A stretch of DNA of 63,998 nucleotides, counting the filler, from Fonticula-like sp. SCN 57-25 (Eukaryota), in the NCBI GenBank assembly GCA_001724245.1. It is 7 parts of 7 records of this genome, joined end to end, with 100 filler letters (N's around TTAATTAATTAA, not from the genome) between each part and the next. Parts side by side here need not be neighbours in the genome. Positions count along the whole stretch, not along the records: positions 1 to 8,529 come from MEDX01000299.1; positions 8,630 to 17,126 come from MEDX01000300.1; 5 more parts are not named here. The stretch is one strand, 5' to 3'. The notes under the pieces were generated by a model, which had not been told where the DNA came from, did not search any database, and worked only from the letters and a program-made list of their open reading frames with translations. The position numbers and the translations under genes are program-made. Shown here in pieces: positions 1 to 12,012 of the stretch; the stretch's first letter is position 1, and each line of letters begins with the position of its first letter.

Positions 1-1361
1 AGGGGGGGGCAGACAGCTCGGGAAGTGACAGCGACACGTCCATTTCGCTGCCTGTGGGTGACACGACATTGCTGCTGCTGCCGTCCGGCGACAGAAATGG
101 CGGCGGCGAAGCAGACACGAGGGGAGCGATACGCGCCGACTGACGCGGGTTCGGCGCTGGCTTGATGCCAAAGAGGTGAAGCTGGCCGCACGCGGTAAGA
201 ACGGCCACATGGTCTTTCCACTCTCTTTTTGGCGCTGTCAGTAAAGCAAAAAAATCCGTAAAAAGGCGCACTGTTTGAATTTTGTCGGCCGTCGGAGAAT
301 GCCTACTTTGATGGCGGCGGTCAGCGACGATGGGACGAGTGGTGGGGGGGCGGGCAAGGGCGACCACAGTTGAGGGTCGTTCAGGCCGACGCGGGTGCAG
401 AAAGAGTTGTACTCGTCCATGGCGTTGATAGAGTAGACAGAGTCCCACATTTGGTTGGCTTGTTGCAGCAATTTGCTAGACATGTCGCGCTGCTCGAGAA
501 GAATGTGGAACTGGTATCGTTTGGTGAGCGCAAACAAAAAGTAAAAATAGACGCACAATGCTGTCTTTTAGCCGCCCTGTAGCGCGAATGTCGAGCTGTT
601 CAAGGCGGGCATACAGCACGCCGATATTGGACGCGACCACCTTCTCCTCGTGCTCGAGCACCTTTAGCGTATCGCGCAGGCGCAGATCCGCCAGCCACGG
701 GTCCACGGACACTTCGCCCGTCTCCACTGCGGCGCACGCACGCCTCAGCTGGTGAAGCGCGTCCTGTACGGCTTCGCGCTGCTTGCGAAGATGCTGCGAG
801 AGACGGCGGGTCTCGGCCCGGATCGCGCGCGACTCTGCTTCCAGGAATGCTTTGGCTTGGGTCAGCGGTGGCACTACATGGGCGCTCAGGCTCGTCGCTA
901 CAATAAAAGTAAACAAGAATGTCAACAAAGCACGCATTTATTTCAAGGTATTGTACCGAATTGTTGACTGCTGGTTTCCGCCATGCTCACCATGGTCGAC
1001 AGGCCGCGTAAAGCAGATCCGATGTTTCCTGCGGGGCATGTCAGGGCGGGCGTAAATCAAAGGCAAGCACGCACCGGCATTCTCAATATCGCCATCGCGC
1101 CATTCTGACGACACCTTGGAAAGGCTCTGCTGAAAGTTTTGCTGCGCCTGGCGAAGATCTTGCCACATACCTTAGTACTCTTTGTTTCGCGCGCAAAAGC
1201 ATACCTTGAACGAACGATTGAACGGCTCCAGTCAAGCGGACGGCGATTTCCGCGCGATCTGCAATAGCCACAAGGACGGCCTCTTGGCGCACGGCTCTGT
1301 CGCTCTGCGCAATGCTTTCTGACGAGACAGAGGAGGACGACGATCTCCCCGCCATCTCCAT
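1..1361 (-). CDS. Spliced BAR + PH domain protein, Slm1-like (3' truncated by window edge)
   Basis: Helical exons with DPWLADLRL..EHEEK resemble the Slm1-family BAR region. Downstream exons give IKVGILRR...KREWKDHVAVLTACGQLHLF, a PH-domain start. Several short introns. Confidence 0.5.
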
Positions 1362-1536
1362 GTCGTCGCGCAGGGGATCAGGGCGGACTGATTTGCAGTT
1401 TGCACTCTAGTTTGCATCTGGTCAAGCGGAATTCTGGCGGAATTGGCCGACGGTCATGTCGAATTGAAAGTACAGAAAAGTACAGAAAAAGAGAGGAAAA
1501 AGAAACAAAAGACACAATGGTAAATAAAGGAATGTA

Positions 1537-2451
1537 TTATCGCCTCGTTGAGGCGGAGGAGCGGCCTTGCCGCGCGCGCGACGATGCAGAGTGCCTAGTT
1601 GGTGTGAGCAAGCAGAGCAAGGTGGTGATCGGCGTACGCTGTCCGTCTATAGTCCTCCTCGTACTCGATGCTGCTGTACTCGCTCACACGACGGTCGTCC
1701 GACTCGTTATTCGCTTCTTGCGCGGCGAGCTTGGCCAGCTCGGCCTCAAACTCTGCTCAGAACGAGTTTAGCAAGCGATCGGCAATTAACCAGGGGCGTA
1801 CCGCGCTTCTGCTGTGCGGCAGTGTTGACCGCCTGGCGCGTGTGCATCACCTGCTCATCAAGCGACTTGGCCGTCTCCTCTGTCACCGCCATCCACTGGG
1901 TCAGGCGCTGAGCATCAAAGTCAGCAACGCGCATCATGACAACAAAAAAGTACCTGGATAATGTCTTGAAGCTGTCCGGGCCGCACGTCGCGCCCCATCG
2001 CGCTGTCGACAAAAAGCGCCGCCTTTTGCTGGTCGAGCGTGCCCTTAACAAGGCCCGCATAGATTACCTCGATGAGGAGATCCTCGAGCTCGCGGACGGA
2101 ACCGATATCGAGCTCGGTCTGCAGCATGGCGTAAGGCAGCGAGCTGAGCTTGGTGCACAGCTCAACAACGCTCAGCTGCTTCAGCTTGAGGACGGCGCGA
2201 GGAGAAATCTCGGGCAGCGACGCGCGCTGCGACACGTAATCGGCAAACGTCCCATAGGCAAACAAGCTCAGCAGCGTCACGTAGGGCGACAGAGGCGTTT
2301 GCGAAAGCTGCCTCACCGGCGCGCAATCCAACAATTCGCCAAAAGTAAAAATAGCAGGGTTCTCCACGGCCTTCTTCACCACCTCTGCAACCTCTTCTGG
2401 CCGCGTCGACGCAAGCGCCTCCGACACCAAACCCGCCAGGATGCCCGACAT
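1537..2451 (-). CDS. CSN7: COP9 signalosome subunit 7 (PCI domain), spliced
   Basis: Motifs FTFGELL, LLSLFAYGT, KLKQLS, VRELEDLLIEVIYAGLVKGTLDQ, MGRDVRP. Short introns in the 3' part. Confidence 0.9.
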
Positions 2452-2532
2452 GGTCGTAGTGGTGCCCGCCAAAATGATCACGTGATATTGCGACAGGCCT
2501 GTGGCAGTTAATTGATATGTTAGTACTGACCA

Positions 2533-4492
2533 ATGGCGTCGCCGCTTCTAGTCCTTAACGGACCAATGGCGTTCGCAGCGGCTTTGCAGAGCACCGTGCA
2601 CGAACAGAGGATGTCTTCTGCCACCCTGCGCATGTCGTCGGCCACCTTGCGCCCCTCGAGCGCAGCGGCCCCGGAGCAGCCGCCGCTTATCGTGGCTTCC
2701 CGCAACGGCGACTCGGCGACAATTCATGTACATTAAAATCGCGCTTTTGATTGGTGCTTGCTAACGTGATGTTTGCAGCGCCTCCTTGAAAGTGGCGCCT
2801 ATCCGGTGAACATGACCGACACCACGGGCATGACGTCCCTGCACTGGGCGTGCGCAAACGGCCACTTGGACGTTGTTCGTTTGCTTTTGCTTAACGGCGG
2901 CAACATCTTTGCGCGCACGGTCTCCAACCACCTTACCCCGCTTCACTTTGCATGCAGGGCGGGCCACCAAAAGGTCATCCAGCTCCTGATGGAGTGGGGA
3001 GCCGATCCCGCTGCCCTGAGCCTCAACAACAATACCCCATTTGACGATCTTCCCGAGACCCTTAAGGGCCTCAAGAAGAGTGCGCATTTGCCTTTAGGAT
3101 TATTGTTCGCTCACCGATCTTGTGCAGAGTACGCCAAGGCGGCAGAGCCGCCAAAGATCCGCAAGAACGCCGACAAAATCATGGAAAGCGAAGGTACCAA
3201 TTTGATGAAAATGTGAGCCAGACGAGTATTTAACATTATTTTTAGCCTCTCTTCTGCACTTTTTAGACAGGCATCTTGACGAAGTGGACGAGCCTATTGA
3301 GGAAACGCACTGGCTCACGCCGCTCATGTTCGCGGCCCGCGCCGGCCAGGCCGAAATTGTGCACATTCTTTTGATGCACTGTGCGCGCGCCCACCCGCGA
3401 GACAAGACCGGGTACGCATCTTTTCCGCCTTCGCGCGTGGGCTAAAAACACATTTTCTTCCTCAGGAAAACCGCTCTTCACTGGGCGTGCATCAGCGGGA
3501 CGCCCGAGACGGTCATGCTTCTCATCGAATACAACAGCCTGGTCAATATGTGCGACAGCGCCCCCGGCATGAGTCCTCTTCACTACGCCGTCCTCCGCAA
3601 CGATGTCCGGACCGTCCGCGTTCTCCTCCCGTTTGCCTACGCCAACATGCCCGACAAGGAAGGCAAGACCCCCCTCTTGCTCTGCGCGCGCAGCGACAAC
3701 AACACCGCCGTCGCCGAGGCGCTTCTCACGATGCGCGAAATCGACGTCAACCTCGCCGACGCGCACGGCCTGCGCCCCCTTCACGAGGCGGCGGCGCGCG
3801 GCGACCACCTCCTTGTTTCGATGCTGCTCCAGTCGATCAAGACCAACGTGAATGTGGCCGACAACTATGGCAACCTGCCGCTGCACAGCGCGTGCGCCGG
3901 CATGCACCCCGAGGTCGTCCAGATGATCCTCGAGCGCGGCCGCGACCCGAGCATCGACGCCAAAAACGCCGAGGGCTGCACGCCGCTCCTCATCCTCATG
4001 CGCACATTTGCCATGCTGCAGGACCCGAGCATGTCCAACCGCATCATCGCGACGCTGCGCCATCTCCTCGCGCACTACGCCAAGCCAAACTTTAGCGACA
4101 ACGACGGCAGGTCGGCGCTCATGTTTATCAACGTCGACCGCGCCACGAGGGAGGGAAGCACAGACCACGAGATTGCCGTCACGCTCGTCGAGGCGGGCGC
4201 CGACCCGGCGATCTTAGTAAAGGAGCAGTTCCTGAGCAAGCTAAAGGTCGCGGAGCGCGACAGCGTGCACTATCTCGTGTCGATGCTCAACTGGCACCGC
4301 CCGGCACCCGTCGAGCGCGGCATGACAAGTACGTTGGTAGAGTATGTTGATGTGGTTGCTGACACATGGGTGGTAGTGAGGGGTAATCGCGGGGAGGCCC
4401 GCGCCCCCGTGGGAAGGGCAAACATGGATATGGAGTCGCCGCTGCCAACGATGCAGTACCCGTCACGGCGGGTCGGCCGCTCGGGGCCGTGA
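2533..4492 (+). CDS. Ankyrin-repeat protein, spliced
   Basis: Many ANK motifs: GMTSLHWACANGHLDVVRLLL, LTPLHFACRAGH, MSPLHYAV, GKTPLLLCA, GLRPLHEAAARG, GNLPLHSAC. Confidence 0.85.
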
Positions 4493-4778
4493 AGAGATCA
4501 ACTTTTATATGATATGTTGTTGAGTTTATATTTAGTGTTTGGGCGCGTTTCTGTTACATTAGTCAAGATATTTAGAGTGGCCTGGTGAGCCATGCGGTGT
4601 TTAGAAGTATTTGCAATTATGATTATTGACGTCTTTAAAGGCGTACTGGGCGCAGCCCGAGGTATATTCGAGGTTGCTTTTTGTTTATTCCAACTAAATA
4701 TACTCAATATTGCCAATAATCATCCAATAGAGCGAATCACAAACGTATCTACAAAATGTTGCTGCGCAAACCAATTAC

Positions 4779-7241
4779 TTACATCATATCCTGATAAATA
4801 TTCTTTAAGAACCCAAGAAAGCCGCCCGCCCTTGCCGCGCCGCCCGCGCCGCCGTCCCTAACACCCTTGTACGCCTGCATAAACAGCGACCTCAGCTGCC
4901 GCAGCCGATGCCGCCGCCGCGCGAGGCTGCTCTGCACGGCTCGCGAGAACGCGCCTCCGCCGTCAGCCGGCCCGGGAAGCGCCCCGCAGCACCCGCACGT
5001 GCTGATCGTAAAGGCGACGGGTGGGGGGGCCGCGCCGGCGGTGGCCTCGGGGGAGTATGCAGAGGGGAGCGCGTGCGGGCTGAGGCGGTTTTCCATCGAC
5101 CCATGAAAGCCTTTGTGATATTTAGTGGGAGGCGTAAAGGGGAAAAAGGCGCGTACTGAATGATCCTGAGTGCACAAATGACCACGATGTCGATAGCTAT
5201 CATATCAAACAGTCAGTAAAATCAGGTATAATCAGCCAAAAAATTCAGATTACCTCATCGGATGGTTCCCTGTGGTGCCGCCCGTTAATATCCTGAGCCT
5301 GACTTCTTGGCACCGGCACGGCGGCCGACTTTTCGTGATGTTCCCTATTTAACACCATTAGAATATACTCGCATATTAAACGTGTCGTACGGCATCGCTG
5401 CGGCGGCATTTTCGTCATCGGCGGCAGCAGCGGCTTCCCCCTCGGCAGACGCGCGCCAATCCTATCAATGGTCAATAAGCTTTTCCACGTGGCCTTTCTT
5501 TGACGCACCATGACGGCCAGGCTGAATTCTGGGCCTTCCATGAGACTGAGAAAGTAAAAGCAAAACAATAGAATGTCCTCGCCTTTCTGGGAACGGTCGG
5601 CGAGCAAGTGACCGAAAAGCAGCCAATCGTAGCCGAGCGTAAGGTAGAGCATCTCGGTGGCGGTCAGGGACGCGTGCGCTTCGCCGTCCGCCCAGAGCGA
5701 CATGCGGATAAGGGAAGTGAACAGCGGCGTGCGGTCCCAACCTACACGTGGACAAATAAAACAGGGAAAATGACGTCAGACAAAGTGAAAATACGCCGCA
5801 TTTGAGCTTGAATGCGTACCTGATATGCAGTGGATGAGCATGCCGCCGGGCTCTGTTGTGCTGCTCCCCGACACGGCCAATGTGATCATTAACTGAAGGT
5901 ACTTTTGCGTGAGCTCGGCGAGGTCCCATTCCTTGTACGCCGCAAACTCGTCCGCGTGCCCGGGCACAGATATCTCGGCATTCACAAAGGGAAGGTACCA
6001 GTCGTACTTTAGGCCGCGGGCTGCACAAAAAAGGTCAGAAAAGCCGAATTTGGTGCAAACTACACAATGAAAACTATGCCACTTTGCACCACAAAAACAA
6101 AGAACGCGTACCGCAGTGGCCCTTGTCCCGAAAGTCTTTAAAGAATTCGCAGCCCGGGTACGGAATTGTCACGAGGGTGAACTCGCCCGTGTACCGCCCC
6201 TCCGAGTCGGCCTTTTCAGACGAGCACACGTTCAAGTAATACTTGACTTTGCGGTTCTCCACCATGAGGTCGACAATGTACCGCACGTCCAGCCACTTTA
6301 GCAGCTCAATGTCGGCGCGCCGCTGCTTGTTCAGGGCCGTGAGCTGGTCCGAGCCGTCGTCCGTCGCGGTGCGTCGCAGACCGCCGGCGGCGCCGTTGAT
6401 AGACGAAGAGCTTCCTATGAACGAATTTCCGCCTCCATCAATTGAAGAGGACGACCCAAAGATGAGCGACTTGGCATTGTCGCTCGCCATGTTCATCCAT
6501 ATCTGGACGGCGATGTCAGAAAAAGTTCAAAAAAAAACGACGAAAAAGCCGCGTACTTCGGCCTCGTGCGCCAAGGTGGCCGACCGACATATATTCTGGC
6601 CGCGGCAGAGGATAACGGGCACCGCGAACCGAGATCGCACGCGCGAGAATTTGCACTCGAGGATGAGGCGGCGCAGCTCGACAGGGTCATTGTGCTGCAT
6701 GAAGGAGGAGCTGCGCGGGCGCGGCACCGGCTGTGACGGGATTCGCCGGTCAGAGCTCTCCGCGTCGGACACCAACGGGTCTTCGTCAATGTCCGTCATT
6801 GGAAAGATGGTGTCGGAGAAGCGACTCCCGCGCCGCGGCCGGGGCGTCTCGACAATGGGGGCACCCTTTGCGTAGAACGATTAGGATCATTGATACAGAA
6901 TAAAAAAGTATTGCGCACATTGCTAATGTCAAGGTCGTCTGCGGCCGTGCCATTGGAGCGCGACGCTTCAACCTCGGTGCCAGAGCGTGACGACCGCGAG
7001 CTACCAGCCTGTAGAGTTTATGGCGGTAAGAGACCAGCTGAAGTTGAAAGAACTTCTCGCGTACCTGAGCCTCATCGAGGTCCGACTCGGCGGCGCGCTT
7101 CATGCTGCCTCTCCGGGACCCGTTGCTTTCGAGCGTATCCCGCGGCGGCGAGATGGACGAAAAGCTAGAGGACAGATTGGGCAGTGACGTTGCACTGGAG
7201 CTCCCTTGGAATCGCGCAAAGAGTGAGCGATCTGCGGCCAT
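4779..7241 (-). CDS. MTMR14: Myotubularin-related protein 14 (PI3P phosphatase, Jumpy-like), spliced
   Basis: RSRFAVPVILCRGQNICRSATL; DLMVENRKVKY; IPYPGCEFF; catalytic HCISG|WDRTPLF split by an intron; SLWADG..LYLTLGYDWLLFGHLLADR..GEDI. Confidence 0.93.
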
Positions 7242-7760
7242 CTTCCAATTGGATCTGGCAGCGTACTGTGCTGAGGACGCTGCTCCTGCAGTACGAATAT
7301 GCTGGACGGGTATGAAGGGCAGAGCTCCCCGCCCTCGTTGGCGATGGTGCCGACGACATAGTCCTTGGCCAGGAGAGATTTGACTTGGGCCAGAATGGGC
7401 TTAACCTGCGCGACATGTTAAGCGATCGCGGCTCAACACTATGAGAGAATACGAACAATGGCTTCATTTCGCCTATTGTGAATGTCCGGCGTGCGGTAGA
7501 AAAAGTCCAATAGCTCCTGTATCCCTCCCGCAGACATCGGCATGCCGCCGGCTGACGACATTGCAAATCTCCAAATACACGCAAACTGCAAACTGCACAG
7601 AACGTGAATCTGGCCGTGCCCGCCTCCTGTCGTTCATCGAAACTCAAAAATAACAGAAAGCGCATATAAAACTAAAGAGAGTATATTATAGTTTACAAAA
7701 TGTGTACACAAAGCGACGGCAGCAAAGAAAAAAGCAATAGACCTAACAGCAAACCACCCA

Positions 7761-8529
7761 TTACTTTCGGTGGTTAATAAACGCGCTAAGCTGATCGTGC
7801 AGCGCCTTGATCTGCAGCATTGTCTCATCGCGAATGGGGCTCGGCAGCGACGACGGCGACTGCTCCGGGTCAATGCTGACAAAGCTTCCGTCCCCGAGCG
7901 GCACCGCAATGTTGTGCGTCCCGCTGTTGTTGGGCACAATGCTGATGCGCCCCATGTGCAACGTCTGCCCGGCTATCAACGTTCTACAGCCAAGTGCGTC
8001 AGTCACTTTCCTTTTCTTTTGGTAATAGCGCGCGTACCCATGCCCGTTCTTTGCGCCGCGCGCGCCCGGCAGCCTCGGGTCAATGAACGGCGTCTTGTCC
8101 GGGTCGGGCGCGCGGTACGCCCTCTTGGGGCGCTTCACGACGGGCGTCGCGTACGGGTCCGGAAGGGCCGCAACGCTCTCGCGCGCCTGCGCCCTCGTCA
8201 TGCGACGCGCGGCGGTGGCAGTGCCGGGGTTGGCCGAAACAAGCGTCTCCTTGCGACGCGTCTAAGATGCAACAAAAAAGAAGAGGAATAATCGTGTTAA
8301 AAATAGACAAAAATCAAACAAAAGAATGCGTACGGCGCCGCGCTTGGTGGCCGTCTTGGTGATCGTCGGGGGGCACTCTGCATCATCGCTGCGTTGCCTG
8401 CAAAATGGACAAAAGGAAGCCGTCAATCGACACGAACAGGCACTGAATCAGGAACGTACGTCGACTGAGCAGCAGGGGCCGCCGTGCTCTTCATGAGCAA
8501 GTCCAACTTCTTCCGCGTCATTGCGACGT
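7761..8529 (-). CDS. Hypothetical protein, 3' part (5' end lost at contig break)
   Basis: Open last exon 7761-8260 with GC-rich codon usage and upstream GT-AG introns. No recognisable family. Confidence 0.45.
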
Positions 8530-8629
8530 NNNNNNNNNNNNNNNNNNNNNNNNNNNNNNNNNNNNNNNNNNNNTTAATTAATTAANNNNNNNNNNNNNNN
8601 NNNNNNNNNNNNNNNNNNNNNNNNNNNNN
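8530..8629. other. Artificial contig spacer
   Basis: N44 + TTAATTAATTAA (stops in all six frames) + N44. Confidence 0.99.
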
Positions 8630-10846
8630 GCATCAACATCAACTTCAGCCACGCTCTATAATCACTTTTAATATGCAAATAATCAAATAATAATGCAAAA
8701 AAAGTCATAAAAAAGATATGAAAATGTACCTTTAAGCTGCCCTTTTCATCTGATGTGTCAGCATTTATGGAAGAAGGCGGAGAAAAGTGCGGCTCATCTG
8801 GGTCGGAAGTGACGCGCCAGGGAAAGACGCAAAGGGCGAGGCCGAGAAGGAGGGCAAACTGGGAAAAGATGACGCCCACGTGGTCGTATTCGTCATACGG
8901 GCGGATTCCAGCATCCACATTGCGCTGTTATAGAGTGTATAAAGGCATAAAAAGAGGCATAAAGTGAAGCAAAAGTGAATGAAATGAGACATAAAGTGCA
9001 TAAAATGAGGCATAAAATGAGACATAAAATGAGACATAAAGTGCAGAAAAAGAGACGTAATGTGCATAAAATGAGACATAAAGTGCATAAAACGTGGCAT
9101 AAAAAGAAGCATAAGATACATAAGTGCATAAAAATGGCATAAAAATGGCATAAGTGAGTATGATCTACAATGAATAATTCCCTGCGTACGTGCGTTGCCT
9201 CGTCCGAATAATGAATACTCCCCAAAAACAAACACATCTGACACAGTGTCGCACACACCAACAACCCATTCGCCAACCACTTATGCCTCACCAGCTCCGC
9301 ATTAACCAACACAACCCCACACGCAATCAACAACAACACAAACGTCTGATACGTCGGGAACGACAGCGCCCACACAATCATAACAACTGGCGCAGTTTTT
9401 GCCAAGCTAAGCACGACAAAAGAGGCAAGCGAAGCAGAAATAGACTGGGCTGCGAAAGAGGCGGCGTCAATGCCGCGGCGGGTCGCGTCGCCGTGACGTG
9501 TCAGAAATCGAATAGAATTGTTGGTATGGTCACGTGAGCGAGGGGCGAGTTTGATGTGTGCGGTGAAGGAGATGAGCTGGAAGATGAGGGAGAGTTGGAA
9601 GATGTAGGCGTAAAAGGGGGTTGTGGGGGTGTAGAGGGTGAGGAGGCCGAGAATTAAAGGGGGGGTGAGGGAGAGGGATTGGCAGAGGTAGAGGATGAGG
9701 AGGTGCGTGGTGCTGTAGATGATGACGGAGAAGGTAGAGGCGCTGGAAAGAAAAGAAAATGATGGTGAACATGAGCATGTGAACAAGAGAAAATGATGGT
9801 AAAATGACCACATGAACAAGGGTAAATGTCAATAAATGACCATGTGAACAAGAGAAATGTTGGTAAAATGACCACGTAAAATGTCAACAAAATGCCCACG
9901 TAAAATATCATAAAAATGACCATATAAACAACTACAAATCAATTGAATTGCGTACCTAGAGGTAAAGAAGCGCGAGCTCATGGTGGCCGCCGCGAGCAGT
10001 GCGACGCAGAAATAGAGCGCGTAAAAGACGGAAAAGATGGACGGCAACGACGCCGACGTCAGCGCGAGCAGCAAAATACCTAAAGCAAGGCAGACTTCGG
10101 ACGCGATTGTCGCGTAGGCGGTGCGGCGCGCAGAGTCGAGCGGGACGACCTGCGCGTCTTGTGGCTGCTCGTGGATCTCTTCGGCATCGTTTTCTTCGTC
10201 GTCGTCTTGGTCTTCGTCGCGGCCGCCGAGCAAGCGGTCGCTCTCGCTCGGCTCGCTGGGCAGCGCCGTGTACCTGTTTTTGGACGAAAAGGTCTTGAAG
10301 TAGAGGGTGGCGGCGGCGATCACGATGACGAGCGGGTCGGGCAGGATGAGCAGTGTGCCCGCGACGGCATCCGTGATGCGGTAGATGCCAAAGAGGAGGA
10401 GCGTAGAGTAGGCGCTGCTGTCTTCGGGGAAGGCGTCGGGGTTGGCGAGCCAGAGGATCTGGAAGGAGGCTTCGGTGATGGCGGCGATGACGGCGTAGGA
10501 GAGAGAGGCGATGACAAGACCGCGGCGGTTTTTGAAGCCGGATGGGAGGAAGAGATGCGCGAGAAAGAGGACGAGATAGGGGATGCCGATCAGGTAGATG
10601 CGCATGTAGGCGGCTGTGGCGCTTTGTCAGCGTTTTTGGAGTGAGTGGATGCCGGTCAACGTACCTGCAGCGAGCGACATGGCCCAGAGGACCGAAAGCA
10701 CCTGGGGCATCCTGGCCTTGAGCTAATATTTGAAATGAGCATAAAAGATCCACAGGAAAAATCGGCGCACCGACATCTTCTTGGCCCCCTGCACCTGATC
10801 GTGCGGCTCGGGGAAAACGTACACGCCGTCCGACAAGCCGACCATG
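8630..10846 (-). CDS. PIEZO: Piezo-type mechanosensitive channel, N-terminal fragment, spliced
   Basis: Successive TM units match the Piezo N-terminus: YMRIYLIGIPYLVLFL, LFGIYRI..LILPDPLVIV, SASLPSIFSVFYALYF, VVMIVWALSFPTYQTFVLLLIAC. Start codon uncertain; runs off the contig. Confidence 0.75.
8935..9155. repeat. Degenerate ~12-nt tandem repeat (ATGAGACATAAA-like) in a Piezo intron
   Basis: Repeated cataaaatgaga / cataaagtg units. Confidence 0.8.
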
Positions 10847-11244
10847 AACCCGCAGGCACGCTAGCCCTGTAAAACCCACATGATCAGCATCAGAAAAGTT
10901 CGAAAAGCTAATCGGACCAGTGCAAGAGAGTCGGTCGCACAAGCTAAAAGTGGCGAAAACTACCAAGCTGACTCTGTCCGCCTCGGCCGTACGCACCGAA
11001 AGGATGCGCTGCTGGCGGGACGCTTGGTCGCTTGGCAGGCGGCCAAAGCAATAATGAAAGTGGAGAAATTGCCCGTAATCGCGCGGGAACGTGAGTCAGC
11101 ATTTCGGGAAACCTTTGTCTGACCTTTGTTTTGTGACGACTTGCGGTGACGTGCGCTTCTCCTGAACTACTACTGACACGCGGGGACGGACGAGGGCTCG
11201 TTTCGTTCTATGCTCTGCGGCCTTTGCGGAATGTCGACGGCAAA

Positions 11245-11827
11245 CATGCACACGATGGACTTGGAGGGCTCCAAGATCCAGGTCAACATTGTGAAATCGA
11301 AAAAGACGGGAAGGGTACGCTGCGCAATCTTAAGTGAATTGGCATGCAAACAGGTTTGTCGTAGGAAATCCACTTGATTGACGACGACATTGAGTGGTCC
11401 GATGAGGATATTGACGTGAGCGATTTGAATGACGACGACGACGAGCTGGAGGCGCTCGCTGCCGGAGTGCAGGGACAGTTCCAAAAGGTCGGCCGCTCGG
11501 TCATGTCGAGTACGATCCCATGCTGCTCTTGATACGCGGTGCTGATGATGGCCGAAAAAAGTGGTGAATGTGGTTGGGCGCTGGAGCGCGTCGGCGCTTG
11601 GCTTGGGCGACTCGAAATGGGCGGTTGAGCAGCTTGAGCATGAGAAGCGCAAGAGGCAAGCCGAGGAGGATGCCATCGAGCAGGCCAACATCATCTCTGA
11701 GCGGGAGCAGCTCGAGGCCGCCGCTGCCGCTAATGCTGATGCTGATGCTAATGTTGATGCTGCCACGCCGTCACAAGAGGCAGAGTCGCAAGTCGTTGAT
11801 GAGGAGATTAGCGTGGTGTCGTCGTAA
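11245..11827 (+). CDS. Small acidic protein, possibly FAM177-like, spliced
   Basis: IHLIDDDIEWSDED, then GRWSASALGLGDSKWAVEQLEHEKRKRQAEED, loosely like the FAM177 core. Confidence 0.35.
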
Positions 11828-12012
11828 TAGTTTTGTTGTTTATTCGCAGGTTTCGCCAGTTGCTCGAGTTTTGAATTGCTTTGTTTCGTTCCACCTTGTA
11901 CATGCTGCAAAATGAATCAAATTCGCACATTTATGCGCATTAAATTCCAGAAAAAGGCCTTTTGTAGCCGCTAGTTAGCTGTCATATCATAAGAAAGTCT
12001 ATTGGTACAAAG

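Noticed and set aside
8530-8629. Recurrent TTAATTAATTAA palindrome flanked by Ns (six copies in the window)
   Set aside because: Synthetic six-frame-stop linker used to concatenate contigs. It is not biological, and adjacency across it is meaningless.
8935-9155. Repeat array as a possible CRISPR or telomere
   Set aside because: Units are short and degenerate, with no unique spacers or cas genes. It lies in an intron.
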